From positions 1 to 53,092 of IMG/VR virus record IMGVR_UViG_3300033149_001838: a DNA stretch of 53,092 nt; one strand, 5' to 3'. Shown in pieces: positions 29,105-37,097 of the stretch. The notes below the pieces were generated by a model, which saw only the letters and a program-made list of their open reading frames with translations, did not search any database and was not told the origin of the DNA. The first letter of the stretch is position 1, and each line of letters begins with the position of its first letter. This stretch comes from a virus (taxonomy: Duplodnaviria > Caudoviricetes). Position numbers and translations under genes: made by a program.

Positions 29105-30358
29105 CTAATATCCTCCTGTTAAGGGGGAGCGTTTCCATACACCACTCGCTGTACATATGTAGATATAACTAGCATCCCAGGCAATTTCCCCAGTCGTGCA
29201 AGCATCTGAAGATCCTGGAGACTGGGATGTGGCTACAATGATGGAGTCCGAAGATGTTTTTATAGTACCATTAACGTCAAGTTCGTAACCAGGATCGGTT
29301 GTTGCAATACCGATGTTGCCTGCACTGTCTACATAAACACCACTTGTTCCACCCTCTCCCACTAATTGTCCAGTTCCCAAATCAATATTCGCCCCACTCA
29401 TGACGAGATCACCCGTCATCGTGTCACCATCTATGTTGACATAAGTATTATTAAATATCTCTGTGTTCACTGGTATCTGCCAGTGAGAAGCTGAATCACC
29501 TTCATAGTACAACGTAACACTAGGAGCATTTCCTCCACCGGACACATTGGCGTGAATTTTACCAACGACATAGCTATCACTCGCTATATCGTGGTCAGCC
29601 GACAACGTTAGTGGAATAATATACGAGCTCTTTCCACTCGTTATCTCGTTACTGACAACGGAAGTTCCGATCACAACCTCTGAATCATCATTTTTTCTCT
29701 CGACGAGTTTCCAATATAATCTCAGTATCTTTGTACCCGAAGTTTTCTCAGCATAGATCCGCCAATTGTATACCCCAAGTAGCAACTTATCCGGCTCATT
29801 AGTGTTAGGAGCGATCCAGCCTTGGATATAGTCATCATCTGACAAACTTGTTCCGCTGACACTTTGTTCCCCACCGCCCGGAGCAGAAGAGGCACATAGC
29901 TTGTAGTCTGACTCTCCAGAAGCAGTGTTAAGCATGTAATACCTTGCTCCCAGTGCTGTAACTGCCTCATCTACATATTTTTTGTCCGTCAAGTGATATA
30001 AGCCAGTTATACTTCTACTACTATCATACGCCACAACTCCACTGCCATCGTCTGACAGAGCCGAGTCTTCAAGCCCACTTGATCCCATTCTTGGGATACT
30101 ATTCTCAGTGATAGGAGTACCACTAGTAGTAATTATAGCACTATCCCCCCAATAGAGAGTCCCACTACTATTGTACAATCTATTTGTAGTACTAGACGGA
30201 GTGTAGTCACTTATAGGTATTGCTCCTATCTCACCGTCTGGTGTTAAAAGTAATTCTAGAGCCTTTATGGCTTTAGTAGAAAAAACATTTGAGCTGTAAG
30301 CATAAGTACTAGTTATACTTAAAACAGTACAGATTAGGATGAAAAACAGCTTTTTCAT
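29105..30358 (-). CDS. Fibre-like protein with N-terminal signal peptide
   Basis: MKKLFFILICTVLSITSTYA signal; KKYVD, DGDTMTGDL, GNIGIATTDP..LDVNG and GEIAWDASYIYICTA..WKR fibre motifs. Confidence 0.65.
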   Translation of the reverse strand: MKKLFFILICTVLSITSTYAYSSNVFSTKAIKALELLLTPDGEIGAIPISDYTPSSTTNRLYNSSGTLYWGDSAIITTSGTPITENSIPRMGSSGLEDSALSDDGSGVVAYDSSRSITGLYHLTDKKYVDEAVTALGARYYMLNTASGESDYKLCASSAPGGGEQSVSGTSLSDDDYIQGWIAPNTNEPDKLLLGVYNWRIYAEKTSGTKILRLYWKLVERKNDDSEVVIGTSVVSNEITSGKSSYIIPLTLSADHDIASDSYVVGKIHANVSGGGNAPSVTLYYEGDSASHWQIPVNTEIFNNTYVNIDGDTMTGDLVMSGANIDLGTGQLVGEGGTSGVYVDSAGNIGIATTDPGYELDVNGTIKTSSDSIIVATSQSPGSSDACTTGEIAWDASYIYICTASGVWKRSPLTGGY

Positions 30359-30372
30359 ACAGCTACACCTCT

Positions 30373-30750
30373 TTATTTATATTCTGTTACACAAACACCA
30401 GCATAAAATATATTTGGAGTGGCAGAATTATTAACCTTAACTCCCACTCTTATCTCTTTAAACACTTCTGTAACATTAACCAACTGATCAATAGTATCAG
30501 CAGTTGTGATAGAGTTTGAATACACTTCGGCCCACCGGTCCATTGGGTCAAATCGACCTTCAACTCTGAGATACAATGTAGTTGCAGATAGGGTAGCAGC
30601 ACAGTACTGGACAAGTACGGAATCTGATTTACATGTTACAACTCCTGCTTCAGAATCTGTATCACCATCACTGTTGTATATATAATTAGACGTGGCAGTT
30701 ATATCAGTTCCATTAAAGAACCATCTGCCGGACTGGGATTGTACACTCAC
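30373..30750 (-). CDS. Hypothetical beta-rich protein, probably structural
   Basis: 125 aa, Ser/Thr-rich, GTG start with AAGGAG RBS. Confidence 0.6.
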   Translation of the reverse strand: MSVQSQSGRWFFNGTDITATSNYIYNSDGDTDSEAGVVTCKSDSVLVQYCAATLSATTLYLRVEGRFDPMDRWAEVYSNSITTADTIDQLVNVTEVFKEIRVGVKVNNSATPNIFYAGVCVTEYK

Positions 30751-30870
30751 GAGGAATCACTCCTTTATTATTTAGATATCTTCCACATCAGCATCAGCAT
30801 CAGATTTAGCAGCAGGAATTCAGCAAGTATGGAAAAGTGATTTTTATAGAAAAGAATTTTGGAAGGAAAT

Positions 30871-31407
30871 TTATTTTTGTTTTCTTAGTATCCACTCCTT
30901 TGGTCTAGTAGCAGTGGCCTGTTTCACAGTTTCAACTACAAAATTATACTTAGTTACTAGTATTTCTGCTATATTAAGGTCTTTAATCTTTAATGAATCA
31001 AACTTACTTTTACGCTCAGCTTCCCTTTCAGCAGTAACTATCACAGCTTTCTGCTGTAAATTTATCGGAAGTGGATCTCCTCTTTTATAGCTCTTGATTA
31101 ATGCTCTCAACTCACCTTCTTTCATACCTACATCTTCCAGAAATTGATGTAATGTAACTATCTCTTTTTTGGGTTTAAATATCTCTTTACTCTGTTCCTT
31201 TTTAGTTATTGTAGTTTTGGGTTTAGCTGTAAGAACCTTCTCTTTTATTTTACCCAGTTTAACCTGTTCCTCTATAAACTCTAGATACTCCTGCGGAACT
31301 TTGTATTCTTTAGTATATTCAATCCAACTCATACTATGAGATTTAACATGGTTTAAGAGGCTTTTATAAGGTTTCTTACATATTTCACAAACTATGGTAT
31401 TGGTCAT
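30871..31407 (-). CDS. Hypothetical protein with N-terminal C2H2 (MucR/Ros-like) zinc finger
   Basis: CEICKKPYKSLLNHVKSHSMSWIEY. Confidence 0.6.
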   Translation of the reverse strand: MTNTIVCEICKKPYKSLLNHVKSHSMSWIEYTKEYKVPQEYLEFIEEQVKLGKIKEKVLTAKPKTTITKKEQSKEIFKPKKEIVTLHQFLEDVGMKEGELRALIKSYKRGDPLPINLQQKAVIVTAEREAERKSKFDSLKIKDLNIAEILVTKYNFVVETVKQATATRPKEWILRKQK

Positions 31408-31754
31408 TATTTAACTCCCCATTTCTTAAATTGATCCATCAATGGTTTATTAGTGTCTATATACAGGTCTTTGTAATCATCCTCATTACCATATGCTGAG
31501 TTAATATCATTTCTATAATTTTTTAAAGCTTCGGAAGATTTAGCAAACGTGCCATACAGGTCATCCCCATGTTGCCATTTAAAGGCCCTTTGCATGTCCT
31601 TGGACGTAGTAGGAACTACATCCCTAGGAAGTCTAGGAATAGCATCTCCAGAGATAACAGCACCGGTCTCCAAATCACGATCTGGATAATAGTCATCCTC
31701 TGGTTTTATATCCTGTCTGTCAATACTACTCTTTGTTCTTGTACTTAGACCCAC
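31407..31754 (-). CDS. Hypothetical protein
   Basis: 115 aa, GGGAG RBS, packed in the operon. Confidence 0.6.
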   Translation of the reverse strand: MGLSTRTKSSIDRQDIKPEDDYYPDRDLETGAVISGDAIPRLPRDVVPTTSKDMQRAFKWQHGDDLYGTFAKSSEALKNYRNDINSAYGNEDDYKDLYIDTNKPLMDQFKKWGVK

Positions 31755-31965
31755 GTTTCTTCATCTCCCTAGCTTTATTTAGCTGTGAGCAAGTAGGACA
31801 TGTCTGTGTTTCAAGCCTATCATACTCCCTCAACTTACGCCACTCTGTAAGACCTTCTCTACCACATTGATCACAGACATAAATTACCCTGGCTGCTAAA
31901 TACCCTTTCTTACCTAGAAATTCTAATGGTATTTCAGCACCACGAATATAAGCTTTAGTAATCAT
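31726..31965 (-). CDS. Small Zn-binding protein, paralogous to the N-terminus of the Hef-like nuclease
   Basis: CDQC...CPTC; MITKAYIRGAEI aligns with MIVKAFKNGKEI of 32317..33864. Confidence 0.65.
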   Translation of the reverse strand: MITKAYIRGAEIPLEFLGKKGYLAARVIYVCDQCGREGLTEWRKLREYDRLETQTCPTCSQLNKAREMKKRGSKYKNKE

Positions 31966-31983
31966 TTTATCCTACTCCGAATA

Positions 31984-32310
31984 TTACAGTAAATTAGTAG
32001 CAACAGAAGAACTAGTATACACCCAACAAGTTCCTCCTTCATTGAGATACAATGATCCAGGAAGACTGGCTGCGGTAACTAGAGCAGTAGCAGCAGCAAC
32101 TACACTTGCAGAATTCTCTGTTACACCACCACTAAAGATATATCTATCCCCTACTTTAGTATAGTTAGTTGCCCTAACCGTAGTACCATTAACAGTTGTA
32201 CCGGTAACCGTAGTACCAGTAACAGTTGTACACTCAATAGAATCAAAGTTACTAATAGTTTCAGTACCCTCTTTTCCTTTTAAATTACTAGCATAATGAC
32301 TATCACCCAT
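31984..32310 (-). CDS. Thr/Ser-rich small protein, probably head-associated
   Basis: TTVTG TTVTG TTVNG TTV repeat; first structural-looking gene after the capsid gene. Confidence 0.6.
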   Translation of the reverse strand: MGDSHYASNLKGKEGTETISNFDSIECTTVTGTTVTGTTVNGTTVRATNYTKVGDRYIFSGGVTENSASVVAAATALVTAASLPGSLYLNEGGTCWVYTSSSVATNLL

Positions 32311-32316
32311 TTAGAC

Positions 32317-33864
32317 TCACCCCTTTAAATTATTATTGGTAACATTCCACACCCAAACTGTGTTACCACAATCAAATATTCTTGTAAAATTGTTGTCATA
32401 CATATTTTGTACTTCAGTTTTGTCGGCATCAAAAAATTCCAATTTCTTCTTTAAAACAGACTTACGAAAATTATATCGGTGTAATCTATTATTATCCACA
32501 ATATACCAATAATTAGGATTACTATTATGAGACTTTCTAAAACCTAACTTGGTATAGAATGCATCTCCCGACCATCTTCTATCAGAATAAGTTATAATGT
32601 TATCTGGCCTCCAATTTCTAACAAAGTACATAAATAACTTAGAAGCAATACCAGGAATAATATAATCTGAGTGAGAGACAAATCTATTTAACTCCCACTC
32701 ATGCTTACTCTTACGGCTCAAATTGGGTTTACCAAAAGTCATTACGGATACTAACTTATCCTCATAGAAGGCTCCTAATTTTATACTTGCAGAATCTTTA
32801 CCTTGTATGTGATGTTGATCTAAGAATTCATTTTTAATTTTAGCAGGAATCTCACAGATCTTACATTTTCTAGCATGGATTCTTTCGGCATCAGATATAC
32901 CTAATTTATAAAATAATCTGGATAAAACTATGGAACTCTTATTATACCATTCATCTTCAAAGATGGTAATTAAGTTATATCCTGCTTTGTTGCACTGTTC
33001 CAATTTATCCAAATGATAATATTTATTCTTCCCTTGAGCTTCACTATGCCAGAATAAGCCACAATACTCTATTGCTGTCTTCTTAGAGGGAATAACTATG
33101 TCAAGTTCTAACGGCCCAATTAATTCTCTGTCACCTGATATAGCATCTGGGAAATGTTCCTGTATTATGCCAAATATTTCTAATTCAGCTCTAGATTTGT
33201 GATGAGAACAATAGGGACATCTGTGTCCCTGCTGAAATGAATTCCATTTAATTTGATACTCATGTCCATTTTCACATTCCACCAATAGTTTAGTTTTGTT
33301 ATTTTTATATTCTGTAGAAATAAGTTTAGTATTACTTTCTTTAAACGCAGCTAATATGGTTTCCAATGTCTGTCTCTTATTAATAGCATTTTCTTTATAA
33401 CTACATAAAAGACACCTACTACCTCTCTGCCAGCTAGACCACGTAATGTAATACTTATGTCCATTAGGACATATGAAGTCTAGTTTCTGCATCCTATGTT
33501 TATACTCTGTAGTTAAAAGAGTATAACCTTCATCTGAAAAAGACTTCTTAATTAAATCAAGATTAAGTCTGGTTTTCTTCTGTGTATCAGATTTATGGTG
33601 CTTATCGGCTAACTCTTTAACTTTCATAGGATTATCAGCACCATATTTTTTAACACAAGTAGCCTTACGCTTCTCTATAACATTATCCCGTTTAATAGTA
33701 CATTTTCTACAATATTGTTTTTCTATCCTGTTCTTACGTTTAAGAGCATACCAGGAAGTTTGCTGTTCACTCCCACAATCATCACACTTATAGATAATCC
33801 TTACATTCCCAACTAAATTATCAATTGCAATCTCTTTCCCGTTCTTAAAAGCTTTTACTATCAT
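32317..33864 (-). CDS. Zn-ribbon repeat, Hef-like (Vsr/PD-(D/E)XK-type) homing endonuclease
   Basis: Two Zn-ribbon repeats; ELDIVIPSKKTAIEYCGLFWHS, IFEDEW, ARKC, ELNRF, YSDRRWS, RIFDCG. Start moved to ATG 33864 behind AGGAGG because the ORF-track extension runs through the leader. Confidence 0.82.
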   Translation of the reverse strand: MIVKAFKNGKEIAIDNLVGNVRIIYKCDDCGSEQQTSWYALKRKNRIEKQYCRKCTIKRDNVIEKRKATCVKKYGADNPMKVKELADKHHKSDTQKKTRLNLDLIKKSFSDEGYTLLTTEYKHRMQKLDFICPNGHKYYITWSSWQRGSRCLLCSYKENAINKRQTLETILAAFKESNTKLISTEYKNNKTKLLVECENGHEYQIKWNSFQQGHRCPYCSHHKSRAELEIFGIIQEHFPDAISGDRELIGPLELDIVIPSKKTAIEYCGLFWHSEAQGKNKYYHLDKLEQCNKAGYNLITIFEDEWYNKSSIVLSRLFYKLGISDAERIHARKCKICEIPAKIKNEFLDQHHIQGKDSASIKLGAFYEDKLVSVMTFGKPNLSRKSKHEWELNRFVSHSDYIIPGIASKLFMYFVRNWRPDNIITYSDRRWSGDAFYTKLGFRKSHNSNPNYWYIVDNNRLHRYNFRKSVLKKKLEFFDADKTEVQNMYDNNFTRIFDCGNTVWVWNVTNNNLKG

Positions 33865-33872
33865 GGTCTTTA

Positions 33873-33943
33873 CCCTCCTATCAGGATTAAGTGGTGGGGG
33901 TGGATAGGCACCCCCTACAGAGTTGGCCGAACTCTTACCACTT
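33873..33943 (-). ncRNA. Structured 5' leader, copy B
   Basis: AAGTGGT-A-AGAGT TCGGCCA ACTCT-GTA-GGGGGTG CCTATC CACCCCC-ACCACTT-AATCCT-GATAGG-AGGG. Confidence 0.8.
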
Positions 33944-33957
33944 TCATTTATGCCTAT

Positions 33958-33986
33958 ATTATACCACAAATAGACCTAAATGTCAA
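33958..33986 (-). promoter_or_regulatory. Consensus sigma70 promoter (repeat copy 2)
   Basis: TTGACA-17-TATAAT; 33977-34026 is identical to 50953-51002. Confidence 0.9.
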
Positions 33987-34038
33987 GTAAAAAATGATGT
34001 TAACTAAAAATATTCCTAAATAATTTAACTAGACTTTT

Positions 34039-34086
34039 GGCAAGGAGAAACAGAAGAAAAAATAACTAACTCTATTCCTCCTTGCC
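34039..34086 (-). terminator. Hairpin after major capsid gene (possible terminator)
   Basis: GGCAAGGAG...CTCCTTGCC inverted repeat; no clean U-tract. Confidence 0.5.
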
Positions 34087-34116
34087 TATTGGTTAATTGT
34101 TAAATATAACAATAGC

Positions 34117-35079
34117 TTACGAAGAAGCTATGTTACAAGCATACCAGTAACGCCAGTTAACTACCGCTCCACCGAACCGTGTGAAAATAGATGAAAAGTA
34201 GTCTTTACTGGTCTCGTCCTGCCAAAAATCCAACTCAATATCCATTCGATCAGTAGCCATAAGGCCCATCTTACGAACTCCCAAGAACCAACTGTCCGTA
34301 TCAGTCAGGTAATGCCATTGCACCGGAGTGACAATGGATCTCAACACATTAACATCATTATCCTGACTTCCGGGAATCAGCGCACTGTTGAGAATAGTAT
34401 CAGCAGTGAACCTCAATGCCGGAGGAATCAAGAGAGTATCGGGAGTTATAGCAATCTTCTCCCCTCTCTCATCCCTGTTATTAGTAGTGGTAAACGTAGT
34501 ATAGGTAGTCTGGAGATTAGCCGCAGACAGTGCCCTACTAGATGTATAATTAGCATACGTGTTACCAACCTTATCTGGATGAGCCGTACTAAAGAACGGC
34601 TGCCCGTCATAGATCTTATTTCCTGACGGGTCGGTCACAACTTCAGTTATGGTGTTGTTAAACACAGCATGACCAGCAATCATAGCTCCCTGGTTGAAAA
34701 ACTTAGCATAGAACTTTTCCTTAGTTATAGGAAGCATCCTACCCCAAGTACCAACGGTAGACTGGAGCATATTGCCCACTTTCTGAGCATCTGAAACAGT
34801 CTCATAACTCATACGAACGATCCTACCAAATGACCTATTCTTACAAACTATCGTATAGGACTCAATGGGGGTGTCCGGCTGCATATCTTCCCCTTCAGGT
34901 TTTTCCAGCAATTCCCCAAGACCAATAGCCGAACTGAATTGTTCATAAGCCGCATCTGAAGGAACTATCTCGAATATATCCTCGTATACGGGAGGAATCT
35001 CAGGATAAGCCTCCCAGAAGTACGAATACATGTCTTTTTTCATCGCTTCGGTAAACTGCGATCTCATTACACCTGCCAT
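34117..35079 (-). CDS. Major capsid protein (Mu gpT-like, HK97 fold)
   Basis: LGEL.EKPEG, IYDGQPFFSTAHP, PDTLLIPPAL, YLTDTDSWFL, RFGGAVVNWR; follows the decoration gene. Confidence 0.9.
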   Translation of the reverse strand: MAGVMRSQFTEAMKKDMYSYFWEAYPEIPPVYEDIFEIVPSDAAYEQFSSAIGLGELLEKPEGEDMQPDTPIESYTIVCKNRSFGRIVRMSYETVSDAQKVGNMLQSTVGTWGRMLPITKEKFYAKFFNQGAMIAGHAVFNNTITEVVTDPSGNKIYDGQPFFSTAHPDKVGNTYANYTSSRALSAANLQTTYTTFTTTNNRDERGEKIAITPDTLLIPPALRFTADTILNSALIPGSQDNDVNVLRSIVTPVQWHYLTDTDSWFLGVRKMGLMATDRMDIELDFWQDETSKDYFSSIFTRFGGAVVNWRYWYACNIASS

Positions 35080-35095
35080 ATGTTCTCACCTCCCC

Positions 35096-35563
35096 TTATA
35101 CATTCTGCCAATAAGACGGTTTCACCTTAACAAGCACCGTATCATTGGTATCATCATAGTCAACAACAGTAAGCATCTCAGTAGATGCAGTGTTTCCTAT
35201 GTCAGCTTTCTGCACTCCAGAGTCGACAACAACAGCCGCTCCTTTGCCAACGGATGTAGCTGTCAGAGACGTATCCTTACAGGGAAGCTCAAACACACCA
35301 TTAGCTAGGTCATAAATTACAAAGACCTTATCTGCTTTGGCTGTAGAACTGGAAGCCCAATAGGACTGCCCAGAATCATCTTTGGGGGTTACAGCCCACC
35401 CCATTATCGTAGTAGCTGAGTTGCAATCTGCCAGAGTAACTGCACCAGCAGAGTCCATGTATACAAATTTTCCTCCTCTACGATAAAAGGTCTGACTTGC
35501 AGCAACTGGGTACTCTCGGCCCTTGCCAGACCCTTCTCTCATGCCGTATCGAATTTCGGCCAT
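35096..35563 (-). CDS. Capsid decoration/cement protein
   Basis: 155 aa, beta-rich, immediately upstream of the capsid gene. Confidence 0.7.
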   Translation of the reverse strand: MAEIRYGMREGSGKGREYPVAASQTFYRRGGKFVYMDSAGAVTLADCNSATTIMGWAVTPKDDSGQSYWASSSTAKADKVFVIYDLANGVFELPCKDTSLTATSVGKGAAVVVDSGVQKADIGNTASTEMLTVVDYDDTNDTVLVKVKPSYWQNV

Positions 35564-35758
35564 ATTTATTCACCTTCCTTTACTGAGCATTATAGCTCTT
35601 AGTATATTTTTGGGCAAGACCATCCAGTCTACCACTTTCTTCAACAGTTTCGATACCTTACATTGGTGCCCTATTAATTTCAGGTATCAGGTTAACTCAT
35701 CCGAGCAAATAATCTGCTGTATAAATGTATTAAGAATACACTTGTATAGAAGATTATT

Positions 35759-35783
35759 CTAGACTTTTGGCAGGGTGGAACAA
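35759..35783. repeat. ~25-bp dispersed junction motif (CTAGACTTTTGGCAGGGTGGAACA)
   Basis: Related copies at 1811-1836, 34029-34054, 36960-36984 and, inverted, 36986-37006 and 46012-46034. Confidence 0.65.
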
Positions 35784-36808
35784 CCCCTGTGAATTTTTTT
35801 GTGACATTTATTGCATAAAGTTATGCCGTTATCAATATCAAGAGATTGTACAGGATCACAAATAACTGGCTCAATATGATGAGCTGTTAAATTATTCTTA
35901 CTACCACAGATCTGGCAGGTATAATTATCTCTAGATTTAACCAGGTCTGCCCATTCTTTCTGGTGAGGGCGAGAATACTCTTTGAAACCTTTGGGGTATT
36001 TAACCTGACCATAAACAGGGCAAGCTTGTTTACAAGAATCTGAACAGTAGAATCTATGTCCACCATGTTTATTTATAGCTATAATTCTACTAACTACATT
36101 TGATTTCTTTGGTGTAAACCACTTATCACAATTAGAGCATTTAACTTCTAGATAACCTTCTTCAGTTTTTCTAGTCTCCTCTACAGGATATAATTTATCA
36201 GCATAGGTGTCATATAATGGGATATTTAGTTTAGACACGCCACCCTTCCATGAGGGATGTTTATCTTCTTTTAATACTGAACAAATTGGGCATCTTTGCC
36301 CCTGCTGGAAATTATTCCACCTGATAAAGTGAACATGCCCATTTGGGCATAATAGTTTCAACTTAGTCTTCTGGCTATTAACATAATCTGATAGCAGTTT
36401 GTATCCTTGTGATTCTACATATTGTTTAACTTTCTCATATGTTATTTTATTACCAGCACAGTAGGGACATCTAGTACCAGCTACAAAACAGTCAAACCTA
36501 ACTGACCAATTATGCCCTTCACTACATTGCAGTTTTAGCTTAACTCTACTCTCATAACTTCCAGATAGCAACTTATACCCATTATACTCAATCACAGATT
36601 TTACATCTTCATAAGTATATTTTATTTTTCCAGCACAATAAGGGCATCTTTTACCTTGCTGAAAATTTCTCCACCTTGCAAAATAAACATGTCCTTTGCT
36701 ACAACATAAATGCAATTTTGTATTTGCATTTATATACTCTTTGGATAATAACTGATACCCTTCTTTTTCGATTATAGACTTGACATATTCATAGGTAAAT
36801 TTTCTCAT
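35759..36808 (-). CDS. Zn-ribbon repeat HNH endonuclease (3 repeats)
   Basis: Three repeats, HPSWKGG motif, CQICGS..AHHIEP..NGITLCNKCH. Confidence 0.9.
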   Translation of the reverse strand: MRKFTYEYVKSIIEKEGYQLLSKEYINANTKLHLCCSKGHVYFARWRNFQQGKRCPYCAGKIKYTYEDVKSVIEYNGYKLLSGSYESRVKLKLQCSEGHNWSVRFDCFVAGTRCPYCAGNKITYEKVKQYVESQGYKLLSDYVNSQKTKLKLLCPNGHVHFIRWNNFQQGQRCPICSVLKEDKHPSWKGGVSKLNIPLYDTYADKLYPVEETRKTEEGYLEVKCSNCDKWFTPKKSNVVSRIIAINKHGGHRFYCSDSCKQACPVYGQVKYPKGFKEYSRPHQKEWADLVKSRDNYTCQICGSKNNLTAHHIEPVICDPVQSLDIDNGITLCNKCHKKIHRGCSTLPKV

Positions 36809-36814
36809 AATATT

Positions 36815-36884
36815 CCTCCTACTAGGATTAAGTGGTGGGGGTGAGTAGGCACCCCCTACGAAGTTAGCTAGACTTCTACCACTT
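36815..36884 (-). ncRNA. Structured 5' leader, copy C
   Basis: AAGTGGT-A-GAAGT CTAGCTA ACTTC-GTA-GGGGGTG CCTACT CACCCCC-ACCACTT-AATCCT-AGTAGG-AGG. Confidence 0.8.
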
Positions 36885-36898
36885 TAGTTTATGTCTAT

Positions 36899-36927
36899 AT
36901 TATAACATATTTTGACTAAAATGTCAA
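36899..36927 (-). promoter_or_regulatory. Consensus sigma70 promoter (repeat copy 3)
   Basis: TTGACA-17-TATAAT with TG extension. Confidence 0.9.
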
Positions 36928-36962
36928 GTAAAAAATGATATTAATTGAAAATAATTTAACTA

Positions 36963-37006
36963 AACTCCTGGCGGGGTGAAACACATGTTCTACCCTGCCA
37001 GAAGTT
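36963..37006 (-). terminator. Long hairpin after tail tube gene (probable terminator)
   Basis: AACTTCTGGCAGGGTAGAAC-ATGT-GTTTCACCCCGCCAGGAGTT followed by T-rich sequence. Confidence 0.6.
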
Positions 37007-37097
37007 CAAGTTATACTAAATTATTTTCTGACACAAAAAATGTTATTCTTTTATGTCAAAAATGTTAAAATTACACCGATGTAACTACTTAATATCA

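Noticed and set aside
29722-29970. Same-strand alternate-frame ORFs (also 41367..41555 and 46716..46946)
   Set aside because: Nested in well-supported genes, with no RBS or recognisable motifs.
30786-30803. (CATCAG)x3 microrepeat in an intergenic gap
   Set aside because: Too short to support a function; no related copies seen.
35759-36927. HNH plus upstream RNA as an IscB/HEARO (OMEGA) system
   Set aside because: No PLMP or split RuvC motifs, the RNA is only ~70 nt, and no variable guide segment is evident; RNA guidance is not supported by the sequence.
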